Positions 48,258 through 61,275 of a stretch of DNA of 64,000 nucleotides are shown here, one piece after another. A program made the translations under genes and the position numbers. The notes beneath the pieces were generated by a model that did not search any database, had not been told where the DNA came from, and worked only from the letters and a program-made list of their open reading frames with translations. How positions within the stretch are numbered: position 1 is the first letter of the stretch; each line of letters begins with the position of its first letter. The stretch comes from Felis catus (Eukaryota). Location of the stretch: contig NC_058368.1 of assembly GCF_018350175.1 (NCBI RefSeq), positions 150,104,001-150,168,000 on the forward strand. The letters run 5' to 3'.

Positions 48258-51200
48258 ATTTGCTTTTTTTTTTGTTTTTGCTTTTTGTGTTTTTGTTTTT
48301 TGCTTTTTTAAAAATTTTGCACTGGTGTAGGTATTTGAAGTTATCCACTGAAATAAAACAAGTGCATGATTTTATGATTCCACATAATATAATTTTTGTT
48401 AGCACTAACCTTATAAAGAGAGGTAGGTTATTTTGTCTAAACCAAATAACCCTTTACAAATGACACCTTTCAAAGCCTCTGTAGTTGTAGAGAGGACGCT
48501 CTCTAACCATCTCAGCTCAGTTTGATAAGGAATATTGCAAACAGCAGTGTATTATAATCCCTAATAAGAAACACTTGTATTTGTTGCAGGGAATGAGATA
48601 TGGAAGTACTTACCAGACCTTCTGAACTTTGAACAAAGTTAGAAAGCCTGGCAACAGTTTATCCCACTAAACAATGTGTTGGCTGACTTAGAAAACAACT
48701 TCTCTATTTGAACCGTGGCTTGCATCCCTCTAAGTTAGCCATAGCAAATGTTCTTCATTATTTTAAAAGGTAGAGAGTAGGAGGGGGAGTAAAATATGGG
48801 CCTCAAGCATTTTTCCTCCAAAAATAAAAATAAAAAGAGAAAGGGAAGGAAGACGCCTAAAACAATATTACGCTGCATTCTGCACTTTGTCGTTCAATGC
48901 TTTACAATTGCCTAATTGTTCATCAGCGTCACTAAAGAAATGCCTTTTATTTTCTCCAGGCACTTAGAGATGACTAAGTGTCACTTAGTCAATTGGCAGA
49001 ACAAAGAAGTCAATTTATGGATCACATTTTCTCTGTTTCGTTGTTCTTGAAAATAATTCACTTTATTGGTTTAGTGTTCTGGAAAGGTGAGGGATTGACA
49101 GGCTTGAAGTACAGAAATATCATCCCAGAGATTCAGACTGCACACACACATTTCTGTTTGAAACTAGAGGTGAAAAGGTAAGAGTTTTTTAGTCTCTTCA
49201 TGTAACAAACTACTCTAAAAATTAAACAATACTAAAAACTTCTGACTTCCTTCATGCACATTTCACCTGAAAATAGTTACCCGTCTGCATTTTTCTTTCC
49301 ACACCAATCCTATTAATTAAGCTAGCCCTCAATCATCTCTTTGGTACATATATAAAGTAGTTATTTAGCATTACAACATAAAAAGCTTAAAATACCATTT
49401 CTGTAATTTTCCTCTACTTAAAAGGAGTATTACTCTGCAGAAGTTGGGAAAATATGTACCATGGAAAGAAGAAAATAAAAATTATCCATAATTTCATACC
49501 AGAGAAAATCACCATTAACATTTTTATATAATCTTGTCATAATTTTCCTATATTCATGTTAACAAATTGTAATCCTATGACTATAACTTCATTTTTTTAT
49601 TTGTGAACATTTATAAGAGATCAAATATTCCCCTAAAATGATTCCTAAATTATTGCCCATAAATGAACACATCTAGTTTATTAACCCATTCCCTTTCTAT
49701 TGGACAGCCAATTTACACTATGTATGACCACAAATAACATTGAAATGAGTATCAGTGAACATGTCTCTGTAAGTATCTCTATCTTCTTAGATTAACTTGT
49801 TTGTAGTGGATTACCAAAAGATACTGAAAATTTTAAGGTTTATACACAGTATATGGCCAAATCACCTTTTCTAAATTTACTACCCTCAAAGTAGAGTTAG
49901 TTTTACTTTATAGTCATATCTTTGAATGGTGAAATTAACACCATAACTACCATTGGACAATAGACTGCCTTGACTCAGTCTCCAGCTATTGGATTTTTCT
50001 ATTAGCTTATATAGAAAACTAAATTTACTACGGAAGAAGGTATACTCCTTTATTTTTATTCTTGTACTTTTCCAGCATAATCTTAGAAAGAAAATAAACT
50101 TAATTTTATACTTTTAATTATCTTTTAATCTTGTATACCGGTAAACCTCTAAAATAACTCATTGCTATTTCAATCACTTCAGTGTAAATTCATGCCTTAG
50201 AAATATGGAATGTATTCACATAACTACATGTTTCCTTATCTTTTAAGAAAGGTGTCTAATTATGGAATATGTCATTATGCTCTTTTAAAAAAAACATATG
50301 CTATCCTTTTCAAATTAAACTAAAAACTTTTGAGGGTCTGGTGAGAGAAAAATTTAGAGAAAAAGTTAGAGAAAAAAATTGGAAGAAAGATGCACAGATG
50401 TTTGCTATTCCCTTTTAATCACTTTTTCCCAGAAATTGTTCCTTTCACCAGAATTTACTAAATATGGGAATAAAACTGCTGCAGAGTACAATCTATATCC
50501 ACAAATGAAATTATCTAGTTATATTCAATCTATTCTGTATTTTTGAATGGCAAGTGCATTTTCCATATGCATAGTGAGCATTGAAATGCACTACAGCCAC
50601 AAATTGCGATTAGAAAAGCTGCTTGTTTAGCAGTTTCAAAGGGAGGCAACATGACAATCAAACATGGAAAGCAGATGGAAAATTTATTTTAGGACATGTA
50701 GCAATAATACAGAAATTAGGGAGCAATTAAAACATGAAAAAAAATCAGTTTAGCTGAGAAAGTGAATCCAAAGTTATTTCAGTTCACTTCCCAATTATGC
50801 TTGTTCTTAAACGAAGATTTGAATTAGGAAGAATGAAATCTGAATGTTCTTTCAGCAAATAAGGTACAACTGAGAATGACATGTAGTGATTGTTCAAAAC
50901 AATCTTAACCAGAGCAATTACTCAATACTAGCATTTATTTTTAGATGGTAATTCCCCATATTTAGACTGTTGGCTAGATATCAGCAGTGCCAGAAACTCA
51001 TTGTATTCAGCTTTGTATACTTTTTAATTATTTTTTAAAATTAAAATTTCAGTTTTAAGTACATTGCATAACGTTTAAGTAGACTGCATAATAGTAAAGG
51101 CCCGGTGAGTGATTTTCTCATACCTCTTGTGCCAAATACATCAGGAGAAATTAACGTGACCTTTGAAAATAAATCCTTCTGTAAGTCACCATTATTGGAC

Positions 51201-51397
51201 TTGGCGGGAACATGCCAAGGCACAAGGATACCTTTGTAGGAATATTTGCAGTTCTACATGTAATGAACTATAGCATTAGGTAGAAGTTAATTCCAGACAC
51301 TTACCCAGAATTCTCGCGCCGCAGTGCTGGAGACTGACACAGAAGGCAGCGGGCAAATCCTGAGGAGACGGGGCTGGTGGAAAAGCCTTGGGTTTGC

Positions 51398-51625
51398 CAG
51401 GGTCTCGGGCTGGATTCCCCGGAAGTAGATCCTAACCAGAGGATTCAGGTGTAAGTGGTTTAATAGGAAAGTGCTTCCAGGAGAACTCAATACAGGAGTG
51501 CAGGATCCAAGACAAGGAAGAGGTTGAAGCTAATCAGGCGCTATTTCAGGCAAAGGCAGGCCCTGGAAGGTGGTGTCAGCCTGATCCAAAGAGAAGTTTG
51601 AAGCGTTAGTTATGCCTTAGTTTAT
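51398..51625 (-). mobile_element. ERVL LTR16-like fragment
   Basis: GGATTCCCCGGAAGTAGATCCT..GAGGATTCAGGTGTAAGTGGTTTAATAGGAAAGTGCTTCCAGGAGAA resembles antisense LTR16. Confidence 0.6.
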
Positions 51626-52027
51626 CCCAGTTACATAAATGCACCTCAGAGAAGACATAACTTGCTTACATTAAGTTGTCACCAAATAGCTGATAGGTCT
51701 CCTCAAGAGTTAATAACATATTGAGTAAATAACAGCAGATTCCACTTCTGATGCATCGGACGTTCAACCTCTTTGAGAAGCCTGTGCTATTGGGTCTTTG
51801 CATAATTGCCAACCCAACACCATGACTACTCAATTTGAGCTTCTACAGTGGAAAAGACAGTGGTTCAGTTTGGTTCAGATTGTTTTTATTTTTAGTCAAA
51901 CATGATTTATATTTATTGAAAAAAATTAAACAGGTATATAATGATCTGATGAAAATCCTCCCTTTGATTTCCCCACCTTAAGCCACAGGTATAATCATTA
52001 TTAATTATTTAGTATGTACCTCTTTTA

Positions 52028-52244
52028 AAATTTTTTTTTCAGCGTTTTTATTTATTTTTGGGACAGAGAGAGACAGAGCATGAACGGGGGAGGGGCAGAG
52101 AGAGAGGGAGACACAGAATCGGAAACAGGCTCCAGGCTCCGAGCCATCAGCCCAGAGCCTGACACGGGGCTCGAACTCAGGGACCGCGAGATCGTGACCT
52201 GGCTGAAGTCGGACGCTTAACCGACTGCGCCACCCAGGCGCCCC
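52028..52244 (-). mobile_element. Young felid Can-SINE (SINEC_Fc-type), full length
   Basis: CpG-rich. 17-bp TSD AGTATGTAC(C/T)TCTTTTA at 52011-52027 and 52245-52261. Confidence 0.97.
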
Positions 52245-53589
52245 AGTATGTACTTCTTTTAGACCATTGACTGAAGTTGTATCTGTAACTGTTTATTGAA
52301 ATACCCAGATCATTCCTGATCCCGTCATCACTTTAAAAAAGCATATGAATAAAGGGCAAGTTTCTCTGTCCTCCTTCTCTTCAGATGCAACTTCTAGAAA
52401 TAATCGGTTTGGTATTCATTTTCCCTATTTTCCAACTTTATACATATATATCTGATATATATATGCACTTGTATAGATATAGTTTTAGAAAAATATGTTT
52501 ATTACTCAACGCATTGCTTTTTCTGGTTAAAAATATAATATGCACAAATTTCCAAATATATATATATATGTCAATTATCACATTCTGTTTAATTCTTGTA
52601 TAATTTGCACTTTATATGACACATCATAATTTATTCACCCATTCTGTCTTACTGTACATTAGATTATTTCTACACATTGCTTCAGAAATAATACTGAAGT
52701 AAACACCTTTTTACTGATATTATACTATTGCTTTGTGGGAATATATTCCCCCAAACGGGACTTCATGTCAAGTGTCTTTATCTTTTTATTTAATATATAT
52801 CATCATTACAACAGTTTTCAAAAATAATGAAAAGTCTCTAAAACACAGATTTTACAAAAAATTATTCTGTTGCAGCAGATATATAACTTAGTGGGAGGGA
52901 ATATTATATATTTTATAAAACAATGCAGAACAATATATGTTAAAGATGAAAGAAATCTTTGGATTGTTTTAACAATCTTTCACAAAATCCCCAAACATTT
53001 TTTATATGATATGATAAAGCCATTGCATGACGTGCATGGCCTCATCTCACGTAACAGAAAAAAATCTCTCAGCCAAAAAGAACCTTTAAAATAATGTCTT
53101 TATTTGTCTCTCATTATACTCATGCAAGAATACACGTTCCACAGCAGTACTCATTTAAGTTCTCCTTTTTCTCCCTTTTTTTTTATTCGCACATTCAAGA
53201 TGTTTCTGTGTTTCATTTTTAATGACTATTAAAAACCTCTACTTTAACTCTAATCTGCATGCTACTGTCCCTCTTTGCTTTCCTTTTCTTCTTGGGTCCT
53301 TATTTCAAATAAAAGCATAGGCAAAAGGAAAAAAGAAGAGAAACTAAGTGGGAAAGCTAGAATTCTCTTAAAAGGGAGGTGACAGAAAAGCAGATAGACC
53401 TTCCTACCTATCTTTTTGTTTATTAGGCAGAAATTTCTTAAAAGGTTTGAGGTTATTTTAAAAAAAAATATATGCAACACAATAAAAATGAGGCCAAATA
53501 TAAAAGTGAAACCACAAATTTCTATAGGATAATTACATTGTAGTCTAGAATTTGGCTTTGACCTTCTTCAGAACAGAAGAGTGAAGTTT

Positions 53590-53965
53590 TGGGTTCTGTT
53601 GAGGGTGTACAAAGCAGAAAAGCACATCACTCCCAGCCTTAAAATAATAAAAACATTCAGATACTCAATATATTCACAACTACTTTTGAACCCACAACTA
53701 CTTTTGAAGTTAAGATCTCAGGGTAACTAACCTGAAATCTAAGGAAACACAGGAACCTTCAAGGAAAGACAAGGTATGAGCACTTACTGTCTTAACACCA
53801 CACAGTCCAGTAAGAATGACTCAGCCAAAAATTTCAACCAATTGGTAGAGGCCAAATATGGGCTAATGTGAGGATAGTGAACATCTAGAAGAACAGACAC
53901 AGGGAGGATTCATACTTACTCACCAAGTCTTCTCCATAGACCTCACCAGGTATACATAAAAACTG
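53590..53965 (+). mobile_element. Probable old L1M 5'-end fragment
   Basis: GTGTACAAAGC...TCACTCCCAGCCTTAAAA...CTTTTGAACCC...CCTGAAATCTAAGGAA. Includes a short duplication of CACAACTACTTTTGAA. Confidence 0.45.
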
Positions 53966-55109
53966 GAGCAAACTTTTTAGAATTAATAATTAATATTTCA
54001 TGCAAGCTGTTTCAATAGATAGAAAAAATCCCATTTTATTAAATGAACACTACCTTAATAGCAAAACAGAATTGTAACCGTAAAAGAAAATAAAATGCGT
54101 GCTAATTCCACTTAAAAAAAAGATGTAAAATCCTGAATTGAAATGTTGTATAACCTAATTCTACAGCATATTTTTAAAATAAAACAATCGTAGTTGATTA
54201 ATAGTTATCTCAGAATAATAGAGTGGGTGGGGAATGGGACTAGGCAGCAGGGATAAAGGGAACAAAAAGTAAAACAAAATAAATGAAATAGAAGCAGGGT
54301 CATAAATGGACTGATGATGATAATAAGCTTTTTTATTTATTCCATGTACCTGAGTTTTAATTAAAACGAAGATAGACCAGAGCAAGGAGCAGTTATGGGA
54401 CATCACATGAAATGTTCATTTTTTGGAGATGGACATCACCCTGGGAGAGCTAGTATGGTTTTCTTCCTGCTAGTCTGCATCCTCCCTCCGCCAGCAGGCA
54501 ATGTCATCTGGTTGGTCTTGTTTCTGTGAACAAAAATTTATAAGGCATTTTATGTCACTACCTAACAAGAATCTTGTGAATTTAAGATTATGTAACCTCT
54601 GAGAAGGCAAGACACACATGGTCAAAACACAAAAAACAAATACACATGGTCCGAATTTCACAATACAGAACAATGAAAATTAGAAAGTAAAAAATAATAA
54701 TAACATCACCTAGATATAGAAGAAATATTAGGCACATATCATTATAGACATCTCTTTAGTCACATCTCTAGACGGAGGATAGAGAAATGTAGAAATAAGA
54801 GAAACAATTTCATAAACAGAAATGCACTACACATGTCACTCTAAAATAAAGTATTAAATTAGTTTTATTTAAATGCAACAAAAGAAAAAGGAAATGAAGT
54901 GAAACTGGAATAACTGCTAACTTCACATAAACACTTCTTCACCACAAGATATGTTAGTTTCTAAAATATACCTGTAAGGTTGAGGGGGGAGAAAGACTGC
55001 AAATTCTTTAGTCATTAAAATAAAATCTTAACTGCATTAAAAATTTCTAGATGCCAATTAACTCCCAGGTATTAAATAAAAGTAATTCATTTGGCACTTG
55101 TTTACACCA

Positions 55110-55552
55110 GAAATTTTTGAAAATATGTCCACAAATTCTTTGACAAGAGATAAAACTAACTCACCAGGAGAATGGGAAAGAGTAACCTCTGAGACTAGGA
55201 CATGAAGGGTGTTGTGACTTTTATTTTTCTTTCTTCCTTGGACCCCTCATTCTGAGGGAAACCACATACTATATCATAAAGACACTCAAACAGCTCTAGG
55301 GAGACATCTACTTCGTGAGCAACTGGGGCTCCTTGGGAACATTAGCTAGGGACCGAGTCCTTTGCCAGTAGCCATTGGTGATCCTCCAGCTGCCCCTCCA
55401 GCCCCAATAAAGCTTTCTCAGGACTCAGTCCTAGCCAACATTTTGACTCATGAGAAACACTGAATCAGAACCATCCCGCTAAACCACCCCCAAATTCCTA
55501 ACCCACAGAAACTATGACTTACAAAGGTATGTAGCAATAGATAGCTAAAACA
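55110..55552 (+). mobile_element. MLT1 (MLT1E/F-like) solo LTR
   Basis: CCACAAATTCTTTGACA...CTCTGAGACTAGG...CCAGCCCCA...AATTCCTAACCCACAGAAACT...GCAATAGATAGCTAAAACA terminus. Confidence 0.8.
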
Positions 55553-55589
55553 GTCTTTTATTCTTAAATTATAAAAATTTTGATTCAAT

Positions 55590-56064
55590 TACTCAGTGCT
55601 CATAAAGAATGAAATCTTGCCATTTGCCACAATGTTCATGGAACCAGAGTATATCATGCTAAGTGAAATAAGTCAGTCAGAGAAAGACAAATAGTATACA
55701 CTTTCACTCATATGTGGAATTTAATAAATAAAACAGATGAACATAGGGGAAGGGAAGGAAAAATTGGGTAGAAACAGAGAAGGAGGCAAACCATAAGACA
55801 CTCTTAACTATAGAGAACAAACTGAGGAGAACAACAACTATAGAGACAAACTATAGAGAACAACAAACTATAGAGAACAAACACACTTGCTAGAGGGAAG
55901 TGTGGGGGGGAGGGGCTAAATGGGTGATGGGCATGAAGGAGGGCACTTCTTGGGAGGAGCACTGGGTGTTATGTGTAAGTGATGAGTCACTGGACTCTAC
56001 TCCTGAAACGAATACTACACTGTATGTTAACCAACTTGAATTTAAATACATAAATTAAAAAAAA
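55590..56064 (+). mobile_element. 5'-truncated carnivore L1 3' UTR
   Basis: AAGAATGAAATCTTGCCATTTG...AGAGAAAGACAAATA...GAGCACTGGGTGTT...TATGTTAAC, followed by an A tail. Confidence 0.93.
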
Positions 56065-56424
56065 TTATTCTATCTTCAACACTGGATTTTGTTTTTCATT
56101 TGTCTTTTCCAGAAGAGTTAAATATTTGTTTTGACCTTTAAATCAAATGATAATTTAGCCAAGCATAAAATTCACGGGTCACACGCCCTTTCCCTTGCAC
56201 CTGTGTAGGAGTTGATAGTCCATTTTTTGGCACTGAACATTTAATTAGCTTCCTTAGTACAGTTTTTCCATTTAACCACTAAGTAATTTGGTTCTAAGTT
56301 TTTTTTTATATAAAGTTTGTTTAAATTTTTTTTAGATTTATAGAAAAACTTTGAAGGTCAAAGACACTTCCCATATACTCTGTACTCATTTTCCTCTGTT
56401 ACTAACATCTCACATTACATTGAG

Positions 56425-56780
56425 TTAGAAGACTTAAATATTTCCAAAATGAGAGGAGTGATTCTGACTAGAGATTAAATGTGGGATTATGGCAATATAT
56501 GTAGATTTTGAAGCTCTCACCATAGATAAGGCTGCCTAGGCAGTAAGTTTACAAGGACAATCTAGGGGAAAACCTTAAGGAAACCCAATGCTTAATGGCT
56601 AGATAGAGGGGGGAATGAGACTACAAAGTAAATATAGACAGAATAATGGCCAAAAATACAGGAAAAGCCATGAAAGTATAGTTATATAAGCCAGTGTTAG
56701 AGTATTTCTTGAAAGGAGTAGTTGGGGTTATCAAATGCTATAGAAAGATCAAGAAAAATAAGTGTCTCTTAGATACATGA
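56425..56780 (-). mobile_element. L2 fragment
   Basis: CTAGAGATTAAATGTGGGA...ACCTTAAGGAAACCCAATGCTTAA...TCAAATGCTATAGAAAGATCAAG. Confidence 0.55.
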
Positions 56781-57423
56781 TGTAAAGGTCCCTCTTTAAA
56801 TATGAAACAAAACTCACCAAGTATGGCCATATTGCAGTTTTTCAAAAGAAGGGTGACATGCTGGGGAATTCTAATAAGGATAATGCAATATCTTTTAAGA
56901 TTCTTAATTACAATTTTCAATTGAATGTAAGGCAAAATTGCAATCATGGAAAGGAGTCTATACCTAGAGTAGTGACTTCAGGTTCTGCATTTACAATTAT
57001 AGTATACATGCCTTAACCTGTGTTTGAGGAATATTTCAGAATGTGGATATCTCCTAATCAACTGTGATTAGACCAAGGGTAGATCCTTGATATTACACAG
57101 CCCAGTCAGAGTCCTTTCCCAAGTCCAAATTAGAATTGAGAGTAAGAGAGGAGTGTCAACTTCTTTGTGAGATTGTAATCATAACAAAAGAACTTGAAGA
57201 CCATTTTGTCTCCAGTGTGGTTTGTATAGGCCAGAAAGCCATCTTCTCTGAAAGAGGACACTTGTTCCGATCTCTGTCTCTCATTGATTTAATTCTCTCC
57301 CTGTGGATGTTTTATTTGCCACTGTAATATCCAGAAACTACCTGTTTTTCAATGTGTACTTCAGCTCCAGAATTTCCAGGTTTTAAAAACAGGCTATATC
57401 ACTATTCATAATTTCCAGTTCTT

Positions 57424-57628
57424 TTTATTTTTTTTAACATTTATTCATTTTTTGAGAGACATAGAGAGAGTACAAGCAGGGGTGGGGCGGAGAGAGAGGG
57501 AGACACAGAATCCGAAGCTGGCTCCAGGCTCGCAGCTGTCAGCACAGAGCCCTAAGTGGGGCTCGAACCCACCAACCGCAAGATCATGACCTGAGCTGAA
57601 GTCAGACGCTTAACCGACTGAGGAACCC
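57424..57628 (-). mobile_element. Can-SINE with a short deletion in the head
   Basis: Perfect 17-bp TSD CATAATTTCCAGTTCTT at 57407-57423 and 57629-57645. Confidence 0.95.
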
Positions 57629-58289
57629 CATAATTTCCAGTTCTTAATTTACATTTGAAAATTATGTTTTTAATTCTAAGAGCATAGTAAATATAGTTAT
57701 TTTACAATCCGTGACCAGTAATTTCATTGCCTAGTGTGCCTGTGGATCTATTTCATTGTCTATTGTGTTGCTTGTTACTTATGTTGTCTTTTCCCCTCAT
57801 CTTTGGCTGTGTGCTTAATGTTTTTGAAAAAAAAATGCAGAAACAATTTGAAGGCTGAAATGAAGTTATCTTCCTTCAGAAAGAATTGTCAATTACTTTT
57901 GTCAGGCATCTTGGGACACAAGCAAAACAGGTGATCTTAAGTTAATTTCAAGATTTGAGGTTTTCTGTGGAAACCAGATACCTTAGCGCTTGTTCAGTGC
58001 TTGAAAGGATTGCATTACTTTCTACTGGATCCTACTCCTAAGGCTTGGGTGACCCTTAGGGGTTGTTTACCAGGGCTACCCTCCTTTGCTAAGCCTTGGA
58101 CTCAGCTTTTGTTGCTCTAGATCAAAGAAATCGTCAAAGATACTGCTCAACTCCTCAAAGTTCTTTCTAGATGTGAAAATGTCCCCTGCACAGAACGAAC
58201 TCCAAAGGTCTTTGGATTTCTATGTTCTCCTGGATATTGACATGGTTACTCCTAACATTTTGAACTCCAATATTTCTTTTGGTTGATGA

Positions 58290-58430
58290 TCATGTTTTGT
58301 GGGCCCAGAAATTTATATGATTTATGGACCCATCTTTTGGAAAAGGACACAAAATCAGACACAGAGTCTTGAAAGGAAGCATACAAGTGAAAAACCCTGG
58401 AACCTAAGCTTCATGGTAAATCCTCCTCTG
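58290..58430. mobile_element. MER53-like hAT MITE fossil
   Basis: TTTTGTGGGCCCAGAAATTTATA...ACACAAAAT...CAAGTGA..CCCTG..AGCTTCATGGTAAATCCTCCTCTG matches recalled MER53. Confidence 0.7.
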
Positions 58431-59874
58431 CTAGGCTTCACTTGGTGGTTTGGTCCAAATTACCTGGTCACCAATTACCACAAGTTCAAGGCACTTTCCT
58501 AGATCCTTAAAGGAATGTACGCTATTCAGTGTGGTGTGATACTCACATCATGAAGAGGAGCAGAACTAACAGATCAGAACATCTCTCTCTTTTCACATGC
58601 ATCTGCTCTTTGAATGGAATGGCAGTAAGAATCAACCCCATTATTTAGATAGTTATTTATATCTCGCTCTCACTTTTTTCCTCATATAAGTAAGCATATT
58701 TGAATCTGCAGAAGCTAAATTTGCATGTGATGCAACTCCATTATTATCTGTAATTTTTCTTTCGAGGGCTTCTTTAACACAAAAGCTGCTTCAAAGTGCA
58801 TGTTCTAATTTCAGATGAATGCATATTTTTAGCTATTTTTTTTATTGTTCATCACAAACTTTATCACACTGTTGCTAGTATTATAATCTGCATGGTTTAT
58901 GTTTTTTGGAATTTTTGAGATTATGCTGAGACCAAACAGTTAACTTTTTAATGTTTTGTGTATGCTCTAAAAGAACGTATACTTTCTGTTATTGGTAAGA
59001 AATTCTCTATAAATCAACTTGATTAAAGCTATCAAATGTGTTACTAAAATTCTCTGTACCCTTATTTATTTTTTGTCTATTTTATTTGTTGATATCCACA
59101 TAAAATGCCTAATGGCTGTGTACACATCAATTCTTAATGTGTTCATGTTTTGTCCATTCTGTTAGCATGCAGAAAATGGTAGCTGGTGGACCAGAAATTC
59201 CAAATAATCTGTGAAACAAGGTAAAAAAAATGGGATCTAACTGGAGAATTTAAAAAGTCTGAAACACACGCAGAGGTGTACATTTCCTGCCATGACATAG
59301 TAACAGGGTTTGGATTTAGATTTCCATAGGAAATAATTACAAAACTGGATTAAATTTCTAAAAGAACTGTGTTAAGACATTGGCCAATAGGCACCTTAGG
59401 ACCATTAAGGTAAAGAAAATGGGAAAACTCTACAATTGCCTGGCTTTCTGCCTGGAGGCACATCCACTTTGCAAACTGTGAAACTGGGAGAGCAGAATGT
59501 TGCTCTTGTTGAAGTGACGACCCAGAGACTGGAGTTCAGGGAGGCTGAGGTAGCCAGGGGTTGCAGGCTAGAGTTGTGGAGAAGGGGAGATAAGCAGAAA
59601 AGGAGCTTCAAAATTCAGCACGAGAATTCTCTTGAATCTTTGCTGAATACTCAACTATGTATGCAAGGGCAAAGAGGGGGCGGGGGCTTTAAGCTGAACA
59701 CTTTCCAGAGCGCAGGGATGTGAGAGCCCATGATGTTCACTCAGGGAATTTGGTAAAAACCTCAGAAGAACCATGTAAGACTAAACTATCCCTACAGTAA
59801 AGGAGAGCAAAATTTTCAGCTCACCCCAACAAGTGTTGAAAATGCCAGGGAAACCACAAGTAAAATCTAAAGCC

Positions 59875-61275
59875 CGGCAAGATAGCAGAATACAAGGTCA
59901 ATGTACAAAACCATTTTTATGTGTATATACTGGCAAATAAATGATTACAAATTAAAATTTTTAAATACCATTGAAGCTAGCATTAAAATCATGGATTATT
60001 TAGGGATAAACTTCACATAATATATCCAGATGTGAGACCTAGGTATTGAAAAATCACAAAGATTGTTGTGAGGAATTAAAGGAGATTTTAATAAATGGAG
60101 ATATCTACTATGTTCATTCACCAGAATACTCAATATTAAGAGTCAATTCTTCTTAAATTCATCTGTAGATTCAATGCCATTTGAATTAAATCCAAGCAAG
60201 TTTTTGGGTTAAAATAGAAAAGATTGATAATACCAAATCAAGGATATGGAGCAACTGGAATGCACATCATTGGTGGAAATACAAAGTGATATAGCTAACA
60301 TATTAATCTTCTCTTGCTGTGTAACGAATTACCATCAGCAGCAGCTTAAAAAACACATTTAGTGTTAATTCATGGTCTTTACAGATCAGAAATAGGGTGG
60401 TCCTTTGCTTAGGGACTCACAAAATTTCCATTAAAGTGTGGCCAGGGCTAGGTTCTCATTTGAGGCTTGAGGTCCTTTTCCACCTCCCTCGGGTTTTTTG
60501 GCAGAATTATTTTGACTGTGGAATTCATGGAAGCTCACTTGAATGAGAAAGGGCAACAGCAACTCTAAAGTGATTTCAGCACAGATTTGTATGCAAGGTA
60601 ATGTGTTGACAAGAATGATATCTACTCACATTTGCCACATTTAACTGGTTAGGGGCCAGTCACAGAGTTTGCACACACTCAAGGCATGGAGTTATAAAAA
60701 GTATGAACACCAAGAGACAGCAATCATGAGGGTTAACATAAATTCTCTTCCATAGTCAGGCTGAAAATTTTTCTGGTAGTTTCTTATAAAGGAAGTCTAT
60801 ACTATAACCCCACTACCACTTCTAATCATATTTGCCCGAGAAAAATTAATGCATATGTCTGCATAAAGATCTGTATGCGAATGTTCATAGAAAATATATT
60901 TATAATAGCCCCAAACTGGAAACAACTCAACTGTCTAGTCACTGGTGAAATTATGAGGTTATACAATGGAATGTTTTTCAGTACTAACAGGGAATAAGCC
61001 ATTAACACATGCAACAACATGAATGAATCTCAAACATCTGTGCTAAGTAAGTGAAGCCATACACAAAGACTACATTCTATTTATATGAAATTATAAAGAA
61101 TTTTATGTAGAACAAGAAAAACATAATATGTCACAGTGCCAGCAAGCAGGCTTATGGCTGCCTGGTACCAGGCATGAGGGGTGGAGATTGACCAGAAAGG
61201 AGTAATTTGGGATAGTAATGATGTCCTGTATCTGCTCTGCAGCGGTAGCTTTCTGCACGTACATAATGTCAAATA
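59875..61275 (+). mobile_element. Old L1 (L1MC/ME-like) ORF2 end and 3' UTR, interrupted by an LTR
   Basis: AGAATACAAGGTCAAT...TAGATTCAATGC...GGATATGGAGCAACTGGAA | TTTCTTATAAAG...AGCCCCAAACTGGAAACAAC...GAATCTCAAA. Confidence 0.8.
60299..60753 (-). mobile_element. MLT1 solo LTR nested in the old L1
   Basis: TTGCTGTGTAACGAATTACCA..GCTTAAAAAACAC...GGCCAGGGCT...GCCAGTCACAG..CACACTCAAGG..TATGAACACCAAGAG. Confidence 0.8.

Noticed and set aside
55806..55890. CRISPR-like repeat-spacer array
   Set aside because: The units derive from L1 3' UTR, there are no unique constant-length spacers, and the context is mammalian.
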